Assembly (NCBI GenBank): GCA_963722255.1 | Contig: CAVRJO010000001.1 | Span: 736,001 to 800,000 of the forward strand | DNA from: Candidatus Babeliales bacterium | GTDB taxonomy: Bacteria; Babelota; Babeliae; Babelales; JANWKD01 | Direction: 5' to 3' | Length of the DNA: 64,000 bases | Shown here: positions 1 through 10,508 of the stretch, one piece after another | How positions within the stretch are numbered: position 1 is the stretch's first letter | Layout of the letters: every line of letters starts with the position of its first letter | The notes under the pieces: generated by a model | Told to the model about the DNA's origin: nothing | The model's database searches: none | What the model saw: only the letters and a program-made list of their open reading frames with translations | Position numbers and translations under genes: made by a program

Positions 1-1235
1 CAAATAAGATCAACTTTTGCAAGTGCACCAAGAAAGGTTGCCAAACAATAGATAATGTTAATTGCCATAATCCATTTGCCTTGCGTTAAAAATAGCCAAC
101 AACTACGTGCAATATAGGCATACGAAACTAAGACACCAAGACCAAAACTAATTGAAAGAAAGGTAACAATCCAACCCCCGAAAGTGCCAAAAACAGTTTC
201 ATACGCTGAAATCGTAAGATCAAGACTGGTTTGCCCGTTATTCCAAACACCACTTACAATAATCATAAGAGCAACTGAAAAACAAACTAAATTTGCGCTA
301 ATAAATGAACCAAGCATCGACATAATACCATCTTTTGTTGGCTCAGTAGTTGCAGATCCTCCAAAAAGAACTGCGGCAGTTCCAAGACCCGCCTCAGAAG
401 CATTCAAAGTACGCGCAATACCAAAACGTATCGCTTGTTGTATGCTATAACCAACAGCACCGCCAAAAATTGCTTGTGGAGTTAACGCAGATTTAAGGAT
501 CAAAATTAATGCCTGAATAAGCCCAGAAGAATGATATCCTAAAACAATAAACGCTGAAAGAAAAAAGACCCCAACTTTAAGCGGCACAATTTTATCAGAA
601 ACGGCAATAATTCTTTTTGCACCACCAAGCATCACGTACAACATGAACACAAGAAGAATAAGAGCAACAATCAAACTTTCAACACCAAAAATTCGAGAAC
701 ACCCAATACGAATAGTATTTGCCTGCATTGCATTACCGGTCGTTAGAGCTAAGAACAGACAAAATAATGCATAAAGATAGGGTAAAAAAGTACGGCCAGG
801 AATTTGGCTAAGATAGACCATAGGGCCACCAACTACACTATGTCCCCAATGTTTAACACCAAATGCAGTACTTAAAAAAACTTCACAAAATCTGATTGCC
901 ATACCTAATAATCCAAAAACAAAAATCCAAAGCGCAGCACCGGGACCACCAGAAAAAATGGCTGTTGCCATACCCCCAAGACTGCCATTACCCAAACTAG
1001 TACTCAGGGCATTAAGAAATGCTTGAAAAGGAGTCATATCTCCTTTTTTTCCAGCCTTAACCCCATCTGGAAATAACAACAACTTCCAAGCTGTTATAAA
1101 ATAACGAAATTGAATAAACCCAAGAGAAGCTGTAATTATACATGCAATACCAACAAAAAAAATAATGAGAGGCCATCCCCATAAGAAATTATTTATCAAT
1201 AAAATCCAATCATTTATCATTTCATTAATCTGCAT
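1..1235 (-). CDS. Alanine/glycine:cation symporter (AGCS family), 3' end runs off the window
   Basis: Manual translation of minus strand from ATG at 1235: MQINEMINDW...MTPFQAFLNALSTSLGNGSLGGMATAIFSGGPGAALWIFVFGLLGMAIRFCEVFLS, matching AGCS motifs; paralog of 42952..44295. Confidence 0.9.
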   Translation of the reverse strand, partial: MQINEMINDWILLINNFLWGWPLIIFFVGIACIITASLGFIQFRYFITAWKLLLFPDGVKAGKKGDMTPFQAFLNALSTSLGNGSLGGMATAIFSGGPGAALWIFVFGLLGMAIRFCEVFLSTAFGVKHWGHSVVGGPMVYLSQIPGRTFLPYLYALFCLFLALTTGNAMQANTIRIGCSRIFGVESLIVALILLVFMLYVMLGGAKRIIAVSDKIVPLKVGVFFLSAFIVLGYHSSGLIQALILILKSALTPQAIFGGAVGYSIQQAIRFGIARTLNASEAGLGTAAVLFGGSATTEPTKDGIMSMLGSFISANLVCFSVALMIIVSGVWNNGQTSLDLTISAYETVFGTFGGWIVTFLSISFGLGVLVSYAYIARSCWLFLTQGKWIMAINIIYCLATFLGALAKVDLI

Positions 1236-1286
1236 GAATAGTTTCCTTTCAAAAAACTAATACAAAAACTGTGTAATTTGATTCAA

Positions 1287-2126
1287 TTATTTAGAGTATG
1301 CCCCGAGTCTTATAAGCTCTTTTTCAAGGTGCTTAAAATTTAAATCTTTACAATAGATACAGTGAAGATTTGGTATATTTAGACTCTGTAGAACCTTAAT
1401 ATTGTTAATTTCACTGTCAATATAAATAATTAGTTCTCCGGGAGTAATCTTGAAATGCTTCAATGCATAATGAAACAATTCAGGGTCAGGTTTTGCCAAA
1501 TGTGCATCTCCTGAGATGAGGCGATCATCAAAATAAGAAACGACCTCTCGAATCTTACTATGATGCAGCGCACATGCAAAAGACTCTGCATTCCAATTGG
1601 TTAACAGAACTACTTTATTAACTCTTCTACCGAAATTATCCCTACTAGCACAACACTTTTTCAATATCGATTTTGCCTTTTTTTGAACTACCATAGTCCG
1701 AGCATATCGTTCAGGGCTAAAAACAAAATCTGCTATTGCTTGAGAAACTTTTGTATTTTTACCCTGACTTTTTGACAAATCTTTTAATCCATTAAGAACA
1801 AAATTCTTAATTTCGTGGGCAGATTTAGTATTAGTTAACCAATCATTAATTATTTGGGGAAGGATGCTGCCATCGCGAATAATAATTGGACAGCCTGGCC
1901 GATGAGGCATTAACTGATCAAGGGCTTTAAAATAATCTTCCTTTACCGTTATCGGGTTATACCAGCCAATGAAATTAGTTGGGCCAACCTCCCATAATCT
2001 TTTTTTTGGATCTTGGACCATTAAAATATCTTCACTCTCCCAAATTATTGTAATAGGAAGACATTTATGCAACACTAGAAACATCGTAACAAAAAGAACG
2101 CGAATACAAATTCCACTTTTAAACAT
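1287..2126 (-). CDS. HAD-like hydrolase, degenerate motif I, N-terminal hydrophobic segment
   Basis: LLTNWN, LISGDAHLAKPDPELF and IYIDS motifs; motif I reads IIWESEDIL instead of DxD; ATG at 2126 preferred. Confidence 0.65.
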   Translation of the reverse strand: MFKSGICIRVLFVTMFLVLHKCLPITIIWESEDILMVQDPKKRLWEVGPTNFIGWYNPITVKEDYFKALDQLMPHRPGCPIIIRDGSILPQIINDWLTNTKSAHEIKNFVLNGLKDLSKSQGKNTKVSQAIADFVFSPERYARTMVVQKKAKSILKKCCASRDNFGRRVNKVVLLTNWNAESFACALHHSKIREVVSYFDDRLISGDAHLAKPDPELFHYALKHFKITPGELIIYIDSEINNIKVLQSLNIPNLHCIYCKDLNFKHLEKELIRLGAYSK

Positions 2127-2200
2127 TTTTGAATTCCTTACTCTAGAAATCACTAAACCTAAAAAGACAGTATACCAAAAAAGACGAAAAGAAAAAACTT

Positions 2201-2629
2201 ATGAAACTTTTAGCATTAGACCTGGGCGATAAATGGGTTGGAACAGCTCTTTCTGATGCCTTAGGAATGTTGGCTAGACCTTATAAAACAGTAACGCTCG
2301 ATGAATTATTTGAATTTTTAAGAAATCTTTTTACCAAAGAAAAGATTGAAACAATAATCATTGGATACCCAATCACTATGAAAGCAACGGAAAGCCATCA
2401 AACAGAAACTATTGTGCTTATGAAAAATCGACTAGAACATGAGTTTCCTGATCATACATGGCTTTTATGGGACGAGCGCTTAAGTAGCAAACGAGCGCAA
2501 ACATTAAAAAAAGCAAAAACCAAAGAAGAGAAAGTAAAATCTCATTCTATCGCTGCTGCTTTTATACTAGAATCCTATCTTACCTATCTGCATATGCAAA
2601 AGAGCTCTTTAAACACGGAAAGTGATTAA
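2201..2629 (+). CDS. ruvX: Holliday junction resolvase-like / pre-16S rRNA nuclease RuvX (YqgF)
   Basis: LALDLGDKWVGTALSD, IIGYP, WDERLSS, AAAFILESYL. Confidence 0.93.
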   Translation: MKLLALDLGDKWVGTALSDALGMLARPYKTVTLDELFEFLRNLFTKEKIETIIIGYPITMKATESHQTETIVLMKNRLEHEFPDHTWLLWDERLSSKRAQTLKKAKTKEEKVKSHSIAAAFILESYLTYLHMQKSSLNTESD

Positions 2630-2884
2630 AAAAAATGAAATAAAAAGAGCGCCTCTATTAATTTTTTTTTAATTTTTTTTAAAAAAACAATTGCAAAATA
2701 AGCTAATTTTAGTAACAATAAATGTTTTGAGCTTTTTCTTGACATCATTTTCATTCATTGCTTAGATTATAAAAAAGGAAGTAAAAATTATTTTTTGACG
2801 GGCTTAGTATCAGTTTTTTTTAGGAATATTCTTTTGCTTATGGCACCCATAGCCCAACAAAATTTTTTTGTGGAAGGAGGGGTC

Positions 2885-3064
2885 ATGAAGTGTAAAAAAT
2901 GTTCTGGGCTTATGGTACTACAGTCATTTTTTGATCATTTTTTAAATTTTGATGGATGGAAATGCCTCAACTGTGGAAAAGTGATTGCAAAAAAGGAAAA
3001 AACTATTGAATATGATGCATTTAGTATTTTTTATCAACAACAAAAATGTAAAAACAAAAATTAA
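2885..3064 (+). CDS. Small zinc-ribbon protein (59 aa)
   Basis: GGAGG RBS before ATG 2885; CKKC...CLNCG. Confidence 0.75.
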   Translation: MKCKKCSGLMVLQSFFDHFLNFDGWKCLNCGKVIAKKEKTIEYDAFSIFYQQQKCKNKN

Positions 3065-3069
3065 GTATA

Positions 3070-3753
3070 ATGATCATTTTCCTCGTCCTTCAAGCACACA
3101 GCACTCTTTATGAAGTTGGTCTTTTTTCAAGCACACACTGCATAGCTCAACACAGTGAAGATAAAAAATATTCAAGCCGCAATCTAATTCCCAATATACA
3201 TTCTTTATTAGATCAAACTAATTTACACCTTAACGATATAGCCGCTTTAGGCGTTAATCAAGGACCCGCTCCTTTCACAAGCCTGCGTATTGCATTAACT
3301 ATTGCCAACGGATTAAATTTTGCCACGGGAATCCCACTCATCGGACATAACAGCCTAGAAGCATTACTTTTGGAGTTCAAAAATGGGCAGTGGCCAATTA
3401 CCATAGCTCTTCTCAATGCATTTAATAATGATCTTTATTATGGATTGTATACAAAAAATGGTTTGGAGATAGGGTGCCAAAACAACGATCTGCTCATTGC
3501 TTTACTAAAAGATCGTTTTTCTAAAGAAGCTGATGAAACTCAAATCCGATTTTTGGGAAATGGTGCAGCATTGCATAGAAATAAAATTTTAGCAGTTTTT
3601 AAAAATGCATATATCCCCGATCCACTCCCTCAAGAATGCTCTCTTCAACAGCTTGCTTGTATGACAAAGGATTCTTATGAACTTAAAAAAGGCTTACAAG
3701 AAATTCTCTTACCAAACTACTTAAAAGATATTCCCTATACCTCTCAAATCTAG
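3070..3753 (+). CDS. tsaB: tRNA threonylcarbamoyladenosine biosynthesis protein TsaB
   Basis: GVNQGPAPFTSLRIALTIANGL, LLNAFNNDLY, FLGNGA, LPNYLK. Confidence 0.88.
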   Translation: MIIFLVLQAHSTLYEVGLFSSTHCIAQHSEDKKYSSRNLIPNIHSLLDQTNLHLNDIAALGVNQGPAPFTSLRIALTIANGLNFATGIPLIGHNSLEALLLEFKNGQWPITIALLNAFNNDLYYGLYTKNGLEIGCQNNDLLIALLKDRFSKEADETQIRFLGNGAALHRNKILAVFKNAYIPDPLPQECSLQQLACMTKDSYELKKGLQEILLPNYLKDIPYTSQI

Positions 3754-3776
3754 TTGCATTTTTTGATGCAGCTATT

Positions 3777-4109
3777 TTACCTATTATAAAGTCCACCATA
3801 TAAATCTGAGGTACCATACATATGTGAATATCCTGCTATACGCGCTTCTTCTGCTTTTTGTGCTATGCGTTCTTGAGCAGCTTTAATTTCTTCCTCAGTT
3901 AATTGCCGTTGCGCTAATTGCTCTTGAGGCCTCTGCTCTTGAGAAAGCTGAGGGGCATTGGGAACGGGCTTAACAACCACAATTCGTGGCCGAGTAACTC
4001 TTAAGGCACGTGTATAAATAGGAAATGCTTCTCTACTTCCTAGTATATCAGCATGAACTTTATAACTCATAAACAATGTTATTATTCCTACAATTATCCA
4101 TTTTTTCAT
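3777..4109 (-). CDS. Secreted hypothetical protein
   Basis: Signal peptide MKKWIIVGIITLFMSYKVHA; Gln-rich segment. Confidence 0.7.
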   Translation of the reverse strand: MKKWIIVGIITLFMSYKVHADILGSREAFPIYTRALRVTRPRIVVVKPVPNAPQLSQEQRPQEQLAQRQLTEEEIKAAQERIAQKAEEARIAGYSHMYGTSDLYGGLYNR

Positions 4110-4265
4110 AGTAACCCTTTACAGAGACTAAACCTATTTTTCATATTCTTTCCCCTTAAATAAGTATACCATATAGAAAATATAATATTCAATAATATTT
4201 ATATTGATTTCTAGTTGAAAATATTGCTATACTCATAATAAACGAATTATCTAAAGGAGAAAATC

Positions 4266-4529
4266 ATGACAAAGATTAAAAAAAACCATATTGAGCAGGG
4301 TAAAGAGCTGCATAAAAATCAGATAATTGATGAAAAAAATGATAAACACAAGCAACAACAAGAATGGTCAAATCTTATGGATTCTACCCATAAAAAACTT
4401 TCTGAAGGCGCATTAAACATTTCTCTAACAAATCGCATACGAAGTAATAGAGGAACAAAAGAAGCCTCTAGTAAGGGACATCATAAAGAAGGGCATGCAA
4501 TTCATAAAGGGCCTCATAAAAAAAAATAA
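4266..4529 (+). CDS. Small basic hypothetical protein
   Basis: AAGGAG RBS; K/H-rich ORF. Confidence 0.65.
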   Translation: MTKIKKNHIEQGKELHKNQIIDEKNDKHKQQQEWSNLMDSTHKKLSEGALNISLTNRIRSNRGTKEASSKGHHKEGHAIHKGPHKKK

Positions 4530-4681
4530 GTTAGCATTTTAATGAAAAAATTATTTTATAAAGTCCCCTAGAAATGCATAAACATTGCTCTTTTATAAGC
4601 AAAAGTTCTCATTAGGGGATTGCCTTTTTCACGCAATGGAATCTGGAAGAAAAAATAAGGCTTCTGAGCCATTTATACATT

Positions 4682-6644
4682 TCATTCAATAATTGATTGC
4701 ATATATTTTCTTCTATGACCCTTTTTAAAAATGGACCTAAGTGGTTTTTGTTTTTTCTTAATCTTCAAAGATTTACTGCTCCGTATAATTGCCCTAACTT
4801 CTTTTTTAAACTCCTTTTCATAGGCTTCTGCATTAGCAATTCTATTAAAAGCCCACCATCTAGGATTAAATATTTCTGGACGGTCCCAGTGATAAGCATC
4901 ATATTTAAATTCCCAGGCGGTATTGTTTAGTTGAAATCGTATTAGTATAGTCATTTCTATTTCATCTTGTGTTCTAATGATAACATTGCGCAAAATGATA
5001 CGTTCGTCATCGTCTGGCAACTCTTTTTCGATAGGCTTCTGATTCGGGTCACTCTCAACAGCCCTAGAAGATTTTAAGATCAAAGAGATATCATTTGGAC
5101 CTTCTAAAGAGTCAAAATAAAATATTTTTATAGTTGTTCGTTCTGTTAGATTACAAAATGAATCACGCAGTGCCATCAATACACCGCCTGAACCGTTCAA
5201 AGCATCGCCTTCAACAATCATTTTACTGAAATAATGGTTAGCATTGCCATGTATCATTGAAATAATATTGGGATAAAGATATTGATTCTCCTTTAACGTA
5301 TCAATATCGATTTCTTTGCCAAAAAGAGTTTGTTTTTCTTTACCAAAAAATTTTTCATTTGCCGTTACAATATCTGAAAATGTTGGCAAGTTTTTCCATT
5401 TTTTTTGTGCCAATTCTCTTAAGTTAAAACTTGGAGGCAAGTGAGATGATCGTAATATAAGTGGAACCTTAATTATTTGAGGATAAACGAGCAAATTCAA
5501 TTCATAATCAAATTTTGGTTCATCTTGAAGCTTTTTGGGGAACACCAAAATAGGTTTATTTTCAAGTTCTGCTACATGCGCTTTTATAGTACCAAGCACC
5601 ATAACAGAATCACTAGGAGTGAGTGATTGAATTTCAATCCCCCCAGCCCCCAGGCAAAATAATCTGAGGAATACTAGCTTGAGCATGAATATCTTGTGGC
5701 GTTTTATTGTATTCTCCAACTATGCTCAATAAATGTTGCAAACTATGTTGTGCATCATTTCCTAGATTTTGAGTAATATCAAACAATTTAGCAAAAAAGA
5801 ACTTATTCGTTATAAAAAATTTAGTCTGAGTAGCACCATACGTAGGAATATCGCCAACCGAGTTAACGATAGTTATAAAATTAAGTGGCTGTAAAGCTTT
5901 ATCATTGTTTATATCTTTTTTAAATTTTATGTCCTCTAAATTACCTCCCGCATAACATGAAGAGATTATTAAAACACCTACTTGTATAAAGTCGTTAAAG
6001 AAAGTAAGCAGTTCCTGCATTTCAAGCGGCGTTAAACTTGCTATAAGCGTATCCGGCTTTAAATCACCGTGACCTGCAAGATAAATGTCCCAAATTGGCG
6101 CTTGCCAAGCCTCTTTACGATGAATAGCAAGAGAGCGTTCAGCTTTGCTTTGTACTGGAAAAGTTGCAAATATTTTTTTAAGATCAAGAACAATTCCTTT
6201 TACATTTTTCTTGGATTCAGATTTTTCTTTCAGCTTATGCCCTACTTTTGGTTTTAACGACTCAAGCAGCATCGTATAATCATCTTCTTCTTGAGTTGGT
6301 AAGATATCTAATTTTCCAAGAGCAGCAACATTGAATATTTCTGCTGTAAAAAGATTTTTTTGGCTCTTGGGAAGTAGAAGATATAACTGATCTTCATCAG
6401 CAAAATATTTTGTATCTACCGGCACATAAAGATCCCATTCTTCTTTCGATAAAGAAGCACCTTTAAGAGTTTGGTTTTCAAGATGCTTAGAATCATTCCA
6501 ATTGTGTCTTCTATATACATAATTATAAAAAATAGGCTTACTTACTAAAATCGGAGCTGTACGTTCTGCTATACCTATATACAAGTCTTGAGTATCAGAC
6601 CCCAAGCTATGCTTAGACGGCGTTTCATGTCCATTTTTTTCCAT
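4682..6644 (-). pseudogene. Large hypothetical protein split by a frameshift (ORFs 5634..6644 and 4682..5719)
   Basis: Overlapping ORFs join at the C6 run 5639-5644 (ILPGGWG|IEIQ); YLAGHG and SSCYAGG suggest a caspase/CHAT-like His-Cys pair (tentative). Confidence 0.6.
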
Positions 6645-6807
6645 AATAAATGTAACATGTTTGTAGCGTAAAAAATAGTACTTACCAAAAATCCGAATAG
6701 TATTGCAAAATACACATTTGACATTAATCTGAGATATTTTTTATATGCATTCCTACTAAACTATTGTATACTTTTGCAAAAATTATCATAAAAAGAGGAT
6801 ATATCTC

Positions 6808-7632
6808 ATGATAAGAAAAGCCATTTTTTTTGTACTAGCTACATCGCCCTTAATGCATAAAAATCTTTATTGCATGGAAGAACAAAAAAAATCAAACGAT
6901 CAATTAAAGTTGACTCATTATTTTGCTAATGCAGATACAACAGCGCGAAACAACTATTCTTGCATCCAGTCTTTTATAGAAACTATACTTCGCGGATCAA
7001 CTTTTATCACAGTAGATTCGAAAAAAAATGTCATAATTTTTAAAAATATATATGATAAAAATTCTCATTATCAATGCACTCTTAATGAGATAATGACCAT
7101 ACTTAATTGCACTGAATGTCAAGAATGGCCAGATATAGTAGTTGGTGGCACACCAACAGCTGAATCAATAAAAGCACTTCAAAAATTCGTCAGACTCCCT
7201 CAATTCAAGCAACAAATAATTTTTCAATATCGGCGTTGGAAATATTTCCTTCATGATCCTTTAAATGGGATATTTGAAAAAGAAGATTTTATTAAATATG
7301 TAAATGATAAGCAAAACAAAGATTCATTACCATGGCTTGATGGATTTGATGTGAAGCAGATGCATAATGAAGAGTACCTGGATTACTATTGGGTTAAACT
7401 CAAAAATAGAAATGAAAATCGAAAAAAGTTATTTGAAATGATAGATATTCTAATGCGAAAATATACAAATAAGGAATCTATAGAAATAGATGAAGCCATT
7501 CTTGAATTACACAACAGACCTCTCTGTATCAAGTTTGTACCACTTATTCAACATTATACTGCATTCAAGAAACAATTTTGTCCCAAAGAAATAATCCACA
7601 TCCACGAAAATCCTCGGTGTATCATTTCTTGA
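6808..7632 (+). CDS. Secreted hypothetical protein
   Basis: GAGG RBS; signal peptide ending NLYC|MEE. Confidence 0.75.
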   Translation: MIRKAIFFVLATSPLMHKNLYCMEEQKKSNDQLKLTHYFANADTTARNNYSCIQSFIETILRGSTFITVDSKKNVIIFKNIYDKNSHYQCTLNEIMTILNCTECQEWPDIVVGGTPTAESIKALQKFVRLPQFKQQIIFQYRRWKYFLHDPLNGIFEKEDFIKYVNDKQNKDSLPWLDGFDVKQMHNEEYLDYYWVKLKNRNENRKKLFEMIDILMRKYTNKESIEIDEAILELHNRPLCIKFVPLIQHYTAFKKQFCPKEIIHIHENPRCIIS

Positions 7633-7777
7633 GTAAACGATACCAGTATCAATGAAGGCCTATTTTGATTCTTTTAGTTTTTTCTTATGTATAATTCAAT
7701 CTATTTGTAACTGTTTTCAGTTTGACATTTATATAAAGCTATACGATTATTATACAATAGTATAAATAACCCAAAAC

Positions 7778-10156
7778 ATGCATACTACTCACTCACGGTA
7801 TTTAATGAATAACCATAAAAAACTGCTCGTATTGTTATGCTTTTTGCGTATGATAAGCTTCGCATCCTGCATGAACGATAATGCAATTGCTGAGTTTACA
7901 TCTATTAAAACCGAAGAAGGAAATCAAATACAATGCAACAATACTATTGTTGCTCAATCAAAAACGCTTCAATGGTTAATAAGCCATCAAGAAGAATCTA
8001 CTGAAGAAAAAGAGCCTATTCCTATTCCCATTTCAGAAAGTTCATTCAACTTCATAACACAACTAATTGAGCATGTTGCTCACATTGAACAAGAAAATAA
8101 AGCAACACAACTTGCACCATTATTTTTTGAACAAAATGTAACAGTAACTAAAACATTTTTAAATGCGATACGTTATTTGCACATCCCCATTATTGCAGAA
8201 GCATTAGAAATAGCAGGCTATAGATTTTCCGATGAAGCCACGGATGAGCAACTTTTTGCTCAAGTACTTGAATGCTCCTTAGAAGAAAAGGTAAAGGGTA
8301 CAAAAAGAAAACGACAAAGTCCTGAAGAAGATGCTCCTGGCTTTGAACTTATTTCCTTAGATGAAGAATCTATTTTTTTCCCCCTACGTTTAATAAAAAA
8401 AGCAAAAACATTAAAAGATCTTCATGAAGATAATCATATAAATGAAAGTTCAAACACCTCAGTCCCTTGCAATTTTAAAGCTAAAACATTGGTTCTACTC
8501 AAAAAATTTTTAAAAACGTCTTTACGAGATCGCTGCCAACAAGAAAGAGAAGAGCTTTTCAAAGATCTAAGCATGTACGAACTCATTGACCTTCTCAAAG
8601 CAACCCATTATTTTTTGTGTTCTGAAGAAGAAATAAAGAGTGTCAAACAACAAGTCCTAGAATCTTTACTAGAAAAATTAAAACAAGGGCATTTAGATTT
8701 GCCAAAACTGGACATTAATGACCAAATTAAAAGTGAATTAGCTGGACAAATACTAGGAAATATCGCTCCTTCTGTTCAAAATATAACTCCTTTTCCAAAA
8801 CCTCCCACAGGTTATCATATAATACAACCTGAAGCACAAATCGCATTACTTACCAATAAATTCGTTATTTTTAAATATACTCTAACAAATGTGCTTGCAT
8901 TGGTTGATTTGATAACTGGTCAGCATCTATGGCTTGAAATCCCTAATTATACAAATTTTAAAGAAACCTCTTTCCCCTTTTCTTATGTAAATATTAAAGA
9001 AACGCTTTTTTCCTTATCACCTTCTAAAAAAATAGTAACCAGCCTAACTGAACCCCACAAGGAAAATTGTGTTCTTATAATAAGAGACACAAAATCTGGC
9101 AAAATCATACACCAGCAGGTTGTTAAAGAAGGATATGTCAGACTAATACATTATTCATCAGATGAAAAATCACTTATTCTATATTGTTCACCAAAAATAA
9201 CCAAAATCAATTTGCAAGATTTTACTATAGAAAAAGAGACAAATGCACCGCTTACAACTAGATCATCACATGATATACGATTTTCACCGGATAATAACAC
9301 AGTAGCTATAATGAATGATGATATACACCAAAAATGGACCTATTTTGTGCGCAACTTACGAGATAAAAAAGGAGTTTCGGGGGAAAAAAAAGAAACGAAT
9401 AGTTTAATTACTCCTTCAAAAGATCTTACCATTGGATATTTTATAACTACCGATAGGACCAATTTAAGCGTTAATCAAATAGATTTTAAAACAAAAAAAA
9501 CAACCGAAATCTTAAAGTTAGCATCAAACTTAGATCGTTCTTACACTTTTCTTAAGCTAGCAGTTTCTGATGACAAAAAACATCTTGCCATTGTTGGAGA
9601 AAATAAATACTTTCCCGACACCACGAGCCCCTTGCACACTTACTATATAATTGATCTCTACAATCTTGTTACTCAATCACTTGAAAAACAGCTTCGCCTA
9701 AACAAAGCTCAGATAAAAGACCTAGGATATTTTGATATTCAAAAAGTATATTTTAAAGGTGATAGTTTATTATACTTAGAAGCACGTCGGTCGCTAAGAA
9801 AATATTATGGACCAAACGAACAACCAACTTCAGAAATACCTATATTTATTGTGGTTGACACCATTACGGAAAAATTCAAAAATTATCGAGTAACAGAAAC
9901 AGATCGCAATTCTCTCTTGTATGGTAAAGTTAATAATGAAACACAATGCATCCACACAGCATTAGCTATTCCATTAATTCCTCAATATTTGCCTAAGCTC
10001 TCATTACAACAGCTTTTACTTATACGCGCTTTGCAAAGAGGCATTGATAGACCTCTTACAGATCAAGAACATGAACTCCTTGAGAAACTACCTAAAAAAT
10101 TACAATCTTTTTCAAGTCTTCTCTGCTCAAGTTTCTCCATTTTATATACTCCTTAG
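7778..10156 (+). CDS. Secreted protein with two Skp1/BTB-like domains and a C-terminal beta-propeller-like region
   Basis: Signal peptide; IKTEEG...AQSKTLQWLI and LISLDEE...KAKTLKDL...LIDLLKATHYF; repeats FSLSPSKK, YSSDEK, FSPDNN, VSDDKK. Confidence 0.6.
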   Translation: MHTTHSRYLMNNHKKLLVLLCFLRMISFASCMNDNAIAEFTSIKTEEGNQIQCNNTIVAQSKTLQWLISHQEESTEEKEPIPIPISESSFNFITQLIEHVAHIEQENKATQLAPLFFEQNVTVTKTFLNAIRYLHIPIIAEALEIAGYRFSDEATDEQLFAQVLECSLEEKVKGTKRKRQSPEEDAPGFELISLDEESIFFPLRLIKKAKTLKDLHEDNHINESSNTSVPCNFKAKTLVLLKKFLKTSLRDRCQQEREELFKDLSMYELIDLLKATHYFLCSEEEIKSVKQQVLESLLEKLKQGHLDLPKLDINDQIKSELAGQILGNIAPSVQNITPFPKPPTGYHIIQPEAQIALLTNKFVIFKYTLTNVLALVDLITGQHLWLEIPNYTNFKETSFPFSYVNIKETLFSLSPSKKIVTSLTEPHKENCVLIIRDTKSGKIIHQQVVKEGYVRLIHYSSDEKSLILYCSPKITKINLQDFTIEKETNAPLTTRSSHDIRFSPDNNTVAIMNDDIHQKWTYFVRNLRDKKGVSGEKKETNSLITPSKDLTIGYFITTDRTNLSVNQIDFKTKKTTEILKLASNLDRSYTFLKLAVSDDKKHLAIVGENKYFPDTTSPLHTYYIIDLYNLVTQSLEKQLRLNKAQIKDLGYFDIQKVYFKGDSLLYLEARRSLRKYYGPNEQPTSEIPIFIVVDTITEKFKNYRVTETDRNSLLYGKVNNETQCIHTALAIPLIPQYLPKLSLQQLLLIRALQRGIDRPLTDQEHELLEKLPKKLQSFSSLLCSSFSILYTP

Positions 10157-10309
10157 CTCTTCTTCCTTGAGCATCTCGTATACTATTTGGCAAGGTGCAC
10201 AGGTGGCTCCATAACACTCTTGTGCTTTTTTTTGCGCTATTATTAGAGGAGTTTTGCCTTCATTATTTTTTAAAGTAAGATCGCTACCACCATTTGCTAA
10301 GTAGCATAC
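10142..10309 (-). pseudogene. Ankyrin-repeat gene remnant
   Basis: Manual translation VCYLANGGSDLTLKNNEGKTPLIIAQKK...RSI*; no in-frame start. Confidence 0.6.
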
Positions 10310-10508
10310 CTTTTAAAATAGATAAAAATATGTATAAATAGGATTTCACTACTATAAAACTTGTCAGCTTCATTGTCAAAAAATTCTCTTACATTTCCCA
10401 TTCAACAGAATTTTATTGCGCCTCACGCAAAAATATTTCATATTGACAATTTTTTATAAAAAATTATACTTATTACCATAAGTAAAAAATACTAAAAAAT
10501 GAGCTATT

